Part shown: piece after piece, positions 47,687-57,101 of the stretch
Position numbering within the stretch: the first letter of the stretch is position 1
How the letters are laid out: each line of letters opens with the position of its first letter
Virus record (IMG/VR): IMGVR_UViG_2061766007_000171
DNA from: an uncultured virus (IMG/VR IMGVR_UViG_2061766007_000171)
Lineage: Duplodnaviria > Heunggongvirae > Uroviricota > Caudoviricetes
DNA: 64,000 bases
Direction: 5' to 3' (one strand)
The notes under the pieces: model-generated
The model's input: the letters and a program-made list of their open reading frames with translations, nothing else
Database searches by the model: none
What the model was told of the DNA's origin: nothing
Program-made: the position numbers and the translations under genes

Positions 47687-49534
47687 TCACTCATTGTTCG
47701 CTGAACTTATAATCTTTTCTGGGAAATGAAGGATGCGGAACCTGTCTTTATTCCTCACCTTATAGATATAACCGAGATTGATGAGTTGCTTCAATTCTGC
47801 CTCTGTAAACATACCCTCGGGAACAAGGCTTCCTTCATATTGAACTTCAAGGCACAAATCTGCAAACCTGTCCTCCAATGGCCTTGAGCTGCTGGACCAT
47901 GGAATCAGATCGGATGTTTCCAACGACCACTTGTAAAGCTCCTCAGGTGTCTGCTTCGGAACAGTCAATTCGTTGGTGTTCTCTCCAGGATAATGGATAC
48001 GTTGCACGGCCCTCTCAGACTTGCCTTGATATTTGATAGGCGTGCATTGCTCCCAGTTCTTAGATCCGTTCTTCCATGCTCTCACGGCCATCTTATGCTC
48101 CGGTCTGATGAGATCGGTCTCATTGTAATGGAACATCTCTCTGTAGATCTGCTTCTCGCATATCTTGGCGCCTGGCATGGAATATCCGTTCTCCGGCTTA
48201 TCCAGCCAATCGTCGATCAATGACACATTATTGTTATCCTGTGTAGCCTGATGCTGCGTCAGCTTGGCAGGATACCATTCCTCACGGATGTAGCACACCT
48301 CTCCGGCCAAATACATCGCGTATGCTTCCGCCCAGACCTGCTCCACATCATATTGTGTCCTATTCTCGAAATGAGCTGGGCCGCAATAGATGGGGAAGTA
48401 ACGCCTGTTACCCGTGACATCTGTGAACACATCATCGAGATTTGAAGAGGCTGCAAGAATGAAGTGCCTGGGGAAATCATCCTCCCTCCTAGCATATGGT
48501 TTGCGGTATTGGTCTGTCGATTTTGATATGAACGCCTTCAGGGTCTTCTGATCCTTGGAACGGATCTGCGTACTCTCAGACATCTCCACGATGACCTTCC
48601 CTCTGACGGTGTCGAGGAACCTCATCACCGCCTGCTGCGTCGTCACGTCTGCAATGGTGTCGATGAACCATTCCGACCTTGCCGCGGTATATCTCAGACC
48701 TGAGGTCTTACCGCAACCCTGCTTACCGATGAGTACAGGCACGATCTCGTGTACCGTCTCCTTGATGGACCTGGCGATGGCTCCGATGAACCATGACCTT
48801 GCGACTCTGGCGAGATATAACCTCTCCATATCTGGATTGTTGAATATGGCTACACTGGCGTTGAACACTCTCTGGAACCAGGTGTCCACACGGCATACCC
48901 CATCCCATGTCAATGATTTGACCCAATCCAGGAAATTATTCTTCTCATTCTCATGGAATTTGGTGAATAACACACGGAATCTGATGGATGTGTTCGGAGG
49001 CATTCCGGTACAACCAAGATCCTTCAGACGACGCTCGATATCATCATAGAACTTGTATTCGATGTTTTCATTAAAATCAGTGAACTTTCCTTCTGGAAGA
49101 GACTTATCGAATATTGACATATCTACCATCTCTCTTTCCCTCAGCACATCATAGACAAGTTTGGTCTTGTAATCTGGATAAAGTCTTGGGAAAAGATCGT
49201 TGAGCTCACTGTCTGTCTTCGGCATACTTATGTTGTATGTGTCTGTGGTGCCGTCGAAAGTGGTGATGGGGGTCGATTGCGGAGATGTGGTATATTTCAG
49301 AGAATTTGTGTATGTTGTGAGATCGAATGAACCGAACTCGATCTTCAATTTGGTTATGGACTTTAACGAAATCTGTATCCCGCCTGGCAGGATGATGAAT
49401 TTACTAGATCTATCAAGTGCGAAATAGAATTGATCTGAGTCAGATCCGTCGGCAGATGTGTAATACACCTGTCCGTCGGGAGCGATCGTCAAACGATTCT
49501 TGATGATCCAATTGTTAAGCTCGGTCCGGTCCAT
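47687..49534 (-). CDS. VirE/VapE-type P-loop ATPase (replicative helicase-like)
   Basis: L.WDG..R, GKQGCGKT, IVEMSE, YRKPYAR...PRHF...SSN, DVTGNRRYFPI, QVWAEA. Confidence 0.85.
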   Translation of the reverse strand: MDRTELNNWIIKNRLTIAPDGQVYYTSADGSDSDQFYFALDRSSKFIILPGGIQISLKSITKLKIEFGSFDLTTYTNSLKYTTSPQSTPITTFDGTTDTYNISMPKTDSELNDLFPRLYPDYKTKLVYDVLREREMVDMSIFDKSLPEGKFTDFNENIEYKFYDDIERRLKDLGCTGMPPNTSIRFRVLFTKFHENEKNNFLDWVKSLTWDGVCRVDTWFQRVFNASVAIFNNPDMERLYLARVARSWFIGAIARSIKETVHEIVPVLIGKQGCGKTSGLRYTAARSEWFIDTIADVTTQQAVMRFLDTVRGKVIVEMSESTQIRSKDQKTLKAFISKSTDQYRKPYARREDDFPRHFILAASSNLDDVFTDVTGNRRYFPIYCGPAHFENRTQYDVEQVWAEAYAMYLAGEVCYIREEWYPAKLTQHQATQDNNNVSLIDDWLDKPENGYSMPGAKICEKQIYREMFHYNETDLIRPEHKMAVRAWKNGSKNWEQCTPIKYQGKSERAVQRIHYPGENTNELTVPKQTPEELYKWSLETSDLIPWSSSSRPLEDRFADLCLEVQYEGSLVPEGMFTEAELKQLINLGYIYKVRNKDRFRILHFPEKIISSANNE

Positions 49535-49574
49535 AGTATAGCAGATGCTCCGCGGGATATTTAACCCTGTCTTA

Positions 49575-50150
49575 TCATCTCATCAGTTGACAGGTGATTC
49601 CCTTTGACAGTGCGAATGCCATCACATCATCTTCCTCTTCCTGTGTCTCACAGAACATGATGAGTTTATGGGACTCTTCGGCCACGGTCGGTGCAATGGT
49701 TTCGGTCTCTTCCTCATCACCTTCATCGTCACCCCAACCATAATCTTCAGGTAATGACAATCCAAACGATTCAAGATCCCACCCTGATGCGGACAGTAGC
49801 TCCTTTTGCTGATCCAACAGTTCTATGTTCCACCCTGAAAGATCAGAAGTCTGATTATCGACGATCCTCCAAGCCATCTGCTCCTCTTCAGTCAGATCGT
49901 CCCTAATCAACACCGGCACTTCCTTCAGCCCGGCCTTGATAGCTGCGAGTCTCCTACCGTGGCCGTTCAAGATCACTAAATCCTCGTTTACTTCTATCGC
50001 TTTCGACGGTGGAAATTTGAACTTCTTGATCGAGTTGGTTATAATCTCGATCTCGTCATTATGTTCTCTGGGATTGTACTCATATGGGATCAGATCGTTC
50101 GGGTCCATGTAAACGATCTCCCTCTTATACAGCATATCGCCCTTGGTCAT
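49575..50150 (-). CDS. ParB/Srx N-terminal domain protein
   Basis: LIPYEYNPR...SIKKF...ILNGHGRRLAA...VPV...WRIVDN. Confidence 0.85.
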   Translation of the reverse strand: MTKGDMLYKREIVYMDPNDLIPYEYNPREHNDEIEIITNSIKKFKFPPSKAIEVNEDLVILNGHGRRLAAIKAGLKEVPVLIRDDLTEEEQMAWRIVDNQTSDLSGWNIELLDQQKELLSASGWDLESFGLSLPEDYGWGDDEGDEEETETIAPTVAEESHKLIMFCETQEEEDDVMAFALSKGITCQLMR

Positions 50151-50574
50151 AGTCTTCACCGAAATAGGATTAGATTCATCATTCAAAAGGTTGTTGTTCC
50201 GCAAACCGGTGTAGAGAAGGGTTGCCCACCCCGGAGTGCGGCGATCTGCGGAACTGGTGATTGACAAAGAGGCCCGCACTCAATAAGTAATACATGTTAT
50301 GGAACTTAAATCCTGCGGGAGAATAGAGCCGATATGGGATAAGGACGGTGCGGGGTCCCGCAGGATCCGGTGGGTGGATCCCCGCGTATATCTCAGATCG
50401 GGTCAACAGAATATATATGTTACGGGCGGAGAGGGCTCAATCCGCCCGGCAGCCCGGTGAGAGGAAACCAACCCGGTGAAGACGCCCGCAATGAGACCGG
50501 ACTGCATTTGAGATTAAGTGAAGTGAGTTTATCAGCCTTTGCAGGGTCTCCGGAAACCCACATTTCACACCGAG

Positions 50575-50810
50575 AAAAAAAAGTGGCTGGTCCTTATTTA
50601 GCTTAGGTTTAATATAACTAAGGGAAACGGTCAATCCACATCCACTTTTTTCCTTTTCTCTATATATCTATATCATAGTTTTATGTTATTGGTTTTATAG
50701 AAATAAAGTGGATTGTGGATTGAAATATGGATTCTATATATAATAATAAAATAAGGTGGCGATACATATTCTCTAATCCACTTTTGTCAACCTTAAAAAG
50801 TGGATTGAAA
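50575..50810. other. candidate replication origin with AATCCACTTT inverted repeats around AT-rich DNA
   Basis: 50631-50648 vs 50705-50723 (IR with one indel); 50775-50785 vs 50796-50806 (perfect 11-bp IR); lies at the strand switch between two helicase-like genes. Confidence 0.6.
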
Positions 50811-50932
50811 CGACCCGGTCGATTTAAATAACTGAAACAGATAATATGCACATCAGCAGCGGTAGTGCACCTGGTCGCACATTCTGCCTACCGCTGCAAA
50901 TCTTTATATCACAGCTTACACATCTCTCCCCC

Positions 50933-52525
50933 ATGCGACCAGATTATTCCACATGGACGTCAACCTTCGTCGAGAGACTGCTCGACGCGGACACACATTA
51001 TGAGAACCGCATCATCACCGATATCTCCAAGGCAGATTATGATGCGGAGTTTGGAGCCTTCGCTGCAGACATCGTCGATGTATCGCAGAACGGCAAGGTC
51101 ACGATCAACCTTGACGGATTCAACGACATGCTTGCTAAGAAAGGATATTATAAGCAACGCTCGTCTGACGGATCACAGCTGTTCATCGACCATTACAGCC
51201 TCAACACCGGGTACATGAAGAGATGGCCGGTCGCAGCGTTCAAGAACACCCTCATGGAGAAGCTCAGCACCATAAGCAACCTCCAACTCCCTTCAACGTT
51301 TTCGAAGTTCGTCGACATCAACGTCATACCAAGACTGCCTGATGCTGACAGCATCACACCATCCGGTGAGATCAGCCATCTGATACCATTGTATTCAGAC
51401 GGGGATGTGATACCCTTCTCCAACGGTGTGTATTCGATAAGATACAACAAACTTCTTCCCAAGACCTCTTTTGTCAGGATCGAGAACGATCTTGCTGTAA
51501 GATTCAACCCCGAAGCAATCGACAACCCCGTCATCCGCCAAAGATACCTGGATATGATGTGCGGTGATGAAGAGCTCTTCGAGGATCTCTTCGAACAGAT
51601 CGGGTATATCTTATATGCCAGACAGCACAACAACCCCCACTTCACCATGTTGGTCGGAGAGTCTGGAAGCAACGGCAAATCGATCGTACTCAATGTACTG
51701 ACCAAGATCATTCAGAGCCCCAACATCGCATCCCTGTCTATGTATGAGATGTCCAATGAATTCCAATTAGCGACGGCATGCGGAAAGTATCTCTGCATGT
51801 CCCATGACACCACGAACGGTCTGAGGGATAAATCCACCGCTACGGCAGACGCCAAGGAATTCATCAAGAAGGCCACGGCACGCGAACCCTTCACATTCAA
51901 CGCCAAATACCGTGAACCGTTCCTTGGCTACGGCCCGTCGAAATTCATCTTCGCATCCAATTCACAGATCAACTTCGGCGGCGGAGCGGACAACGGTCTG
52001 GAGAGACGTATGACCGTCATCCCCTTCTATGCCAAATTCAAAGAAGATCAAAAGGTCGCTGCGGAGTTCTATACGCCGGAAGCATTGGAATGGTTCGCCA
52101 TGCAGGCACTGGTATCATACATGTGCTATATCCACAGAGCATACGAAGGGACGGATGAGAGCGAATTCACACCGAACGCCCCGCTCAAGGGCGTATTCAT
52201 GAAGTCCACCAAAGCAATGCTTGCCAAGAAAGAGCAGATGAAGGCACAGAACACACTGCTTGATTGGATCTCCTCATACCATGATTGCGATATCGACGAC
52301 GTGCCTACTGTAAGACGCATCTTCACCGACAGTTACGATATCTATAATGACTATTGTCAGTTCTGTAAGCTGAGCAACCGTGCACCGATGACCCTCAATA
52401 AATTCAATAGAGAGGTCAAGAACAGATACAATATGCAGCGCAGACGTACCACAAGGGGCACAGACCACACGTATGTATATGAGATAGCTGGCACATCACC
52501 TTATGATTATGAGGAAACCATATGA
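50933..52525 (+). CDS. D5/P4-type SF3 helicase
   Basis: IPFSNGVY, QIGY.L, GESGSNGKS, KFIFASN, GLERRMTVIPF; C-terminal YNDYCQFC winged-helix pattern. Start uncertain (50846 or 50933). Confidence 0.85.
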   Translation: MRPDYSTWTSTFVERLLDADTHYENRIITDISKADYDAEFGAFAADIVDVSQNGKVTINLDGFNDMLAKKGYYKQRSSDGSQLFIDHYSLNTGYMKRWPVAAFKNTLMEKLSTISNLQLPSTFSKFVDINVIPRLPDADSITPSGEISHLIPLYSDGDVIPFSNGVYSIRYNKLLPKTSFVRIENDLAVRFNPEAIDNPVIRQRYLDMMCGDEELFEDLFEQIGYILYARQHNNPHFTMLVGESGSNGKSIVLNVLTKIIQSPNIASLSMYEMSNEFQLATACGKYLCMSHDTTNGLRDKSTATADAKEFIKKATAREPFTFNAKYREPFLGYGPSKFIFASNSQINFGGGADNGLERRMTVIPFYAKFKEDQKVAAEFYTPEALEWFAMQALVSYMCYIHRAYEGTDESEFTPNAPLKGVFMKSTKAMLAKKEQMKAQNTLLDWISSYHDCDIDDVPTVRRIFTDSYDIYNDYCQFCKLSNRAPMTLNKFNREVKNRYNMQRRRTTRGTDHTYVYEIAGTSPYDYEETI

Positions 52526-53887
52526 AACACCTGGGCAATCACCAAATATATGCAGTTGAATGTATGAACTGCACAGACAGCCTGGCGATATATTATCAGC
52601 CAGGCTGCGGCTAACGGCAAGACCGCCATAGCACTCACATGGATCCTAAATTCACTAAAAAATGGTTTAATAAACGATGCTTTAGTGATATGTCCGGCCA
52701 GTCTGGTGACAAATTGGGCCCTGGATATCGATGAATTCGATGATTTTGACCACGTTTCAGAGGCAGATGTGGCCCTTCTGAAGGACAAAATAACAGTCGT
52801 TTCGTACCAAAAGACCTATAAAATGAGCAAGAAAGAGGTCAAACACAGGGACGGATACACCTCTACAAGCAAAGAATATGCCCTTAGAGACGAGGTTGAT
52901 AAGCCCTGGGGGGCGATCTTCATCGATGAGAGCCAGAAATTAGGCAACCATAAGGCTGTTCAGACACTCTCATGCCTCAAATTGGCCAAAATGGCCGATT
53001 ATCGCTTCATAATGAGCGGTACACCGGTGTTAGGGAGCTCGAAAACGGGCGGGGAAGACCTCCAGAAGCTGTATGGGCAGCTGAAATTCCTAAATAATGA
53101 CGTTTGGCGCAATTGGACTGATTTCACAACACGTTATGTGACCTCATGGAGCAAATATTACCAGCCATTGGCCTATAAAGTGGACGAATTGCACGCTTTG
53201 ATGAAGGAAATGGCCATTTCGATGCGTTTGGAGGACTGCTATGACCTTCCGGAGACCACTTTGACCAAGATCCCTTGCAAATTGGAAGAAAAGAAGGCCT
53301 ATATGGACATAAAATCAGGCAAAAGAATCGAATATGACATCGAGATCAAGGCCGCAGGAGGACAATATGGCAAATTATTGCAGCTTTGCAGCGGTCACCT
53401 GATCACAAACCACGGTACAGATGTACTGAAATGCTCCAAAGACGATGCTCTGGAGGAGATCTTGGACGGAACCGACGATAGAGTCGTCATATTCTGCCGC
53501 TTTACCGCCTCCATTGACCGTGTGAAGGCCCTTTGTGAGAAGAAAAAGCTCAGAACAGTGGTCTACGACGGCCGTTCCAAGGGTCCGACATGGCAAATCT
53601 TCCGTGACGGCAAGGCAGACGTGATAGTTCTGCAATATGCAGCCGGCGGAACCGGGCTGAACCTGCAGATATCATCGACGATGGTGATGTACGAGCCTTG
53701 TTTCAGTACGAATGAATGGGATCAGGCCACCGCAAGGATCAGAAGGATCGGTCAGAGGAAGATGTGCAGATACCTTGTCCTCACCACCCCCGACACCATC
53801 GAAGCACAAGTCTATGATAGTGTTCTGAACGGCATCTCTGTGACAGAAGATATGCTTAAAAGATGGACTCTCTATAACGACATATGA
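52522..53887 (+). CDS. SNF2-like SF2 helicase, interrupted in Walker A (stop at 52612-52614, continues in the +1 frame)
   Basis: Frame 1 MKHLGNHQIYAV...YYQPGCG*; frame 2 GKT...ICPASL...DESQ...SGTP...GLNLQ...QATARIRRIGQ. Confidence 0.85.
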
Positions 53888-53946
53888 TATATTCGCCGTA
53901 GATTATATATATCTTCGACGTATACTCAATATGCGAGGACACAAAC

Positions 53947-54900
53947 ATGGATGATTACACATGTGCACCAGCAGAATCCCTCCTCGAACAGAGGGGGAAA
54001 GTATACAGGAAGATCAGCAAACTTCGTGAGCTGTCTCTGAAGTGCGATTGGACGAAGGACAAGAGGATGTTGACAGGATCGACATCATACCCTTACCTTT
54101 CAGCAGGCAAAGTCAAGCAGAATTTTGCCCCCCTCTTCGTCAAGGCCGGACTGGAACTTGATCTCTCATACGGTGAGCCCAAACAGCTGGAAATGATCGA
54201 GACACGCAATTCGAGGATGCAGCACTGGATCATCGAGCTCCGTGTATGCATCGTCGATGCAGATACCGGTATCTGCGGATATTCCGGATCGTTCTGGGGT
54301 GAGGGCACCGATGTCCTTGACAAAGGTCTGAGAAAGGCAATGACCGCAGCAGTCAAATCGTGGCTGAGCGACTTCTTCTTCCTCGAGGAAGGCATCGACC
54401 CCGAGATCAGCGGAAATGATGAGGCCACATTCACTCCCAAAGCGAATGAGCCAGAGATCAAATCTAAGATCGCAGACCAGGCAGTGAAGCCCAAGGCCCC
54501 TGCCAAGCCTATGAAGAAGGAGGAAGAGGAGACCAACACTCAAAATGCCCCTGTCGAGCCTGCAAAGCCCGCAGAGCCCGAGAAACCGGCCGTAAAGGCC
54601 CCTAAGACGAAGAAAGCGACCGAGCCTAAGACTGAGACGCCTGAGCCTGCAAAGCCCGCAGAACCGGCTCCTGAGACCCCTGCGATGCCTACAGTGCTCA
54701 CACCCGGTTCCAAGACCGGCTACAAGGTCGCAGGAGTGCAGGAGAAGCCTCTGAACAAGATCATCGCCGAATGGAGCGAAGCTCTCGGCAACGGCAAAGT
54801 CTCGAAAGAGAGGTTCGATGCAATGGCAAAGGACTGCGAAGCCATTGCTGATAACCGCAGCGTGATGCAGTTCATCGTCAAATACCGCAAAGTGGAGTGA
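53947..54900 (+). CDS. ERF-like ssDNA annealing protein
   Basis: YPYLS...GEGTDVLDKGLRKAMTAAVK; Pro/Glu/Lys-rich linker; adjacent to the exonuclease. Confidence 0.7.
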   Translation: MDDYTCAPAESLLEQRGKVYRKISKLRELSLKCDWTKDKRMLTGSTSYPYLSAGKVKQNFAPLFVKAGLELDLSYGEPKQLEMIETRNSRMQHWIIELRVCIVDADTGICGYSGSFWGEGTDVLDKGLRKAMTAAVKSWLSDFFFLEEGIDPEISGNDEATFTPKANEPEIKSKIADQAVKPKAPAKPMKKEEEETNTQNAPVEPAKPAEPEKPAVKAPKTKKATEPKTETPEPAKPAEPAPETPAMPTVLTPGSKTGYKVAGVQEKPLNKIIAEWSEALGNGKVSKERFDAMAKDCEAIADNRSVMQFIVKYRKVE

Positions 54901-55991
54901 GCATGGCCGCAAGGAAGTACAAGGAGCCGCAGTGTGCCTTCAAGCTGAAGGACGGCTGTGTGGAGACCGACGGCAGTGTCAAAAAGAAGGTCACTGGCAC
55001 ATCTATGGCCGGCATCCTCGGTCTGTCGCCCTTCAACACACCGTTCCAACAGGCCTGTGCTCTGATGGGGGTCTGCCGCGAAGACCTTTCCGGCAAGCCC
55101 GCCATCGAGATCGGTAAAGCACTCGAGGAGAAGATCGTCGCTTACCTCGGTGAGAGGTACCCTGAATATGGACTGTTCATCCCCGCAAGCGATCTCAAAG
55201 ACGAATTCAAGAAGGAGAGGAGGTCTGACTACGACACATGGGTATCGGACTTCGACGACGACATATTCGGCGGCCACATCGACGGCAAGGTCATCGACGA
55301 GGATCTCAATGAATACATCCTCGAGATCAAGACGACCTCGAACGCCAGATCCTGGTCAGACGGTGTACCCGAATACTACCGCCTTCAGGTCGAGCTCTAC
55401 AACCATTTCCTGACCAAACAGGACAAGGCATACGTCGCTGTAGCGATAGTCGACGGAGTGACCATGAACAACGTAAGTGAGTGGTCACCTGATGATGCCA
55501 ACATCTACCTCTTCCAGATGCCCATCGATGATGAGGCGTTCGAGAAGATCTTGGATGAGGTCAAGGGTTGGTATGATGAACACATCGTCAAAGGTATCTC
55601 ACCCCCATATGACCCAGGCAACAAAGGGGATGTGGAGATGTGGAGACACCTTGCAGCGATCGGTGCACCTGCAGACTCGATCCAGGACGACATCGACAGA
55701 CTCGAGAAGGTCACTGAGGACATATGTGCCAGAGAGGCAGATATGAAAGTCTTGACCGATGAGAGGGACGAGCTCAGGAAGAAGATCAAGGACTACATGA
55801 CCACCAATAAGCAGGACGAGATCAAGACCTCATCCGGCAAATATGTGGCCGTGATCTCGGAGTCACGTAAGAAGACGATCGACGCATCGCTCCTCGAGGA
55901 TGATGGTATCGACCCAGAGCCTTACACTGTCACCAAGGTCACCAAAACGTTTACACTTAAACCCGTTAAAGAAGGAGATGATGAAGAATGA
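54897..55991 (+). CDS. YqaJ-like viral recombination exonuclease
   Basis: GTSMAGILGLSPF, G..LE, GHIDG, LEIKT, VPEYYRLQVELY. Confidence 0.85.
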   Translation: MSMAARKYKEPQCAFKLKDGCVETDGSVKKKVTGTSMAGILGLSPFNTPFQQACALMGVCREDLSGKPAIEIGKALEEKIVAYLGERYPEYGLFIPASDLKDEFKKERRSDYDTWVSDFDDDIFGGHIDGKVIDEDLNEYILEIKTTSNARSWSDGVPEYYRLQVELYNHFLTKQDKAYVAVAIVDGVTMNNVSEWSPDDANIYLFQMPIDDEAFEKILDEVKGWYDEHIVKGISPPYDPGNKGDVEMWRHLAAIGAPADSIQDDIDRLEKVTEDICAREADMKVLTDERDELRKKIKDYMTTNKQDEIKTSSGKYVAVISESRKKTIDASLLEDDGIDPEPYTVTKVTKTFTLKPVKEGDDEE

Positions 55992-56512
55992 CATTCACAC
56001 CCAAGCCCTCCACATACGGAGGAATAAACGAAGAGACACTGAAAAAGAACAACTTTGTGACAGCAGAGGCAGGGCCGCAGTACCTGTTCATCGAGCATGC
56101 ACAGGATTGGACAAAGACGTACGGTGAAGACGGCCCGAAGGACTGGTTCGACGTCACCTTCAGATCAACATACAACGACGCGAAGTTCCGCATCAGGAAT
56201 TTCATGAAGAACAAGGACGGCACGCTGAGCTATATGTCAGTTCACTGGCTGAACATGCTGGGCTACGCATGTTGCGGAGTCAAGACCGCCCTGGATCCCG
56301 AAGATCTCGTCGGCTGTGTGGTACTTGCAGACGTATCATTAGAGCCGGACTGGAAAAACAGGAAACAGTATGAGGACGAGATGCAGAGAGAAGGTGCGTC
56401 CACCGTACCGCTGTACCCCCAGATCAATGCAGATTCCTTTGAGCCCGTCACGGAAAATACCGTGAAAGAGTGCAAAGGAAGACCTGACCAGTTCTTCATA
56501 CCCGATGAGTGA
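55988..56512 (+). CDS. putative ssDNA-binding (OB-fold-like) protein
   Basis: Position after ERF/YqaJ; beta-rich with DLVG..V motif. Weak. Confidence 0.45.
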   Translation: MTFTPKPSTYGGINEETLKKNNFVTAEAGPQYLFIEHAQDWTKTYGEDGPKDWFDVTFRSTYNDAKFRIRNFMKNKDGTLSYMSVHWLNMLGYACCGVKTALDPEDLVGCVVLADVSLEPDWKNRKQYEDEMQREGASTVPLYPQINADSFEPVTENTVKECKGRPDQFFIPDE

Positions 56513-56521
56513 GGGCGGAAC

Positions 56522-56812
56522 ATGGCTACATACCGCTACATCACCAAGAACATCTCGATAAAGGGAGCCACCAAAGTCATCTATCTCCCCAAAGAGTGGG
56601 GGATCAAGCCCGGAAAGGATGTGACCATTCTTTTCTGGACTGCAGGTGACGAGATGCCCGATGACCCGTATAAACTCAGCCTCACTGTAAGAGACATGAA
56701 CAATAATGGGGCCGTCGGCGTCTACATCCCTAAGACCTATGTTGGCGATATCGCCGATCACAAGGAAATATCGATGTGCGTCATCACCGGGGACGAGAAT
56801 GGCGACGCCTGA
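56522..56812 (+). CDS. tandem AbrB/MazE-like DNA-binding protein
   Basis: GATKVIYLPKEWGIKPGKDV and GAVGVYIPK. Confidence 0.6.
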   Translation: MATYRYITKNISIKGATKVIYLPKEWGIKPGKDVTILFWTAGDEMPDDPYKLSLTVRDMNNNGAVGVYIPKTYVGDIADHKEISMCVITGDENGDA

Positions 56813-57101
56813 GAGCGACTACAAGGAACGTCTCAGGCAATATCTGACCGAACAAGGTATTTACTGGACTAACATCCAGGGGGGTTTCGGGGTCGCTCCC
56901 GGGGCCCCCGACATGATCCTGTGCGTTGACGGTAAGTTCGTCGCTTTTGAGAGCAAGACCTATCGCGGACACCTGACTGATGACCAGAAAATCCAAAGAG
57001 AGAAGATAGAGGCCAGCGGAGGCCTCTATTTCGTCACTAAGACGATGGATCAGGCCAAAGATATCTTAGACGATCTTACTGATTCGCGTTCGCAAGATTG
57101 A
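56799..57101 (+). CDS. VRR-NUC nuclease (resolvase-like)
   Basis: PES...GAPDMI...FESKT..G.LTDDQ...GG.Y. Confidence 0.85.
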   Translation: MATPESDYKERLRQYLTEQGIYWTNIQGGFGVAPGAPDMILCVDGKFVAFESKTYRGHLTDDQKIQREKIEASGGLYFVTKTMDQAKDILDDLTDSRSQD

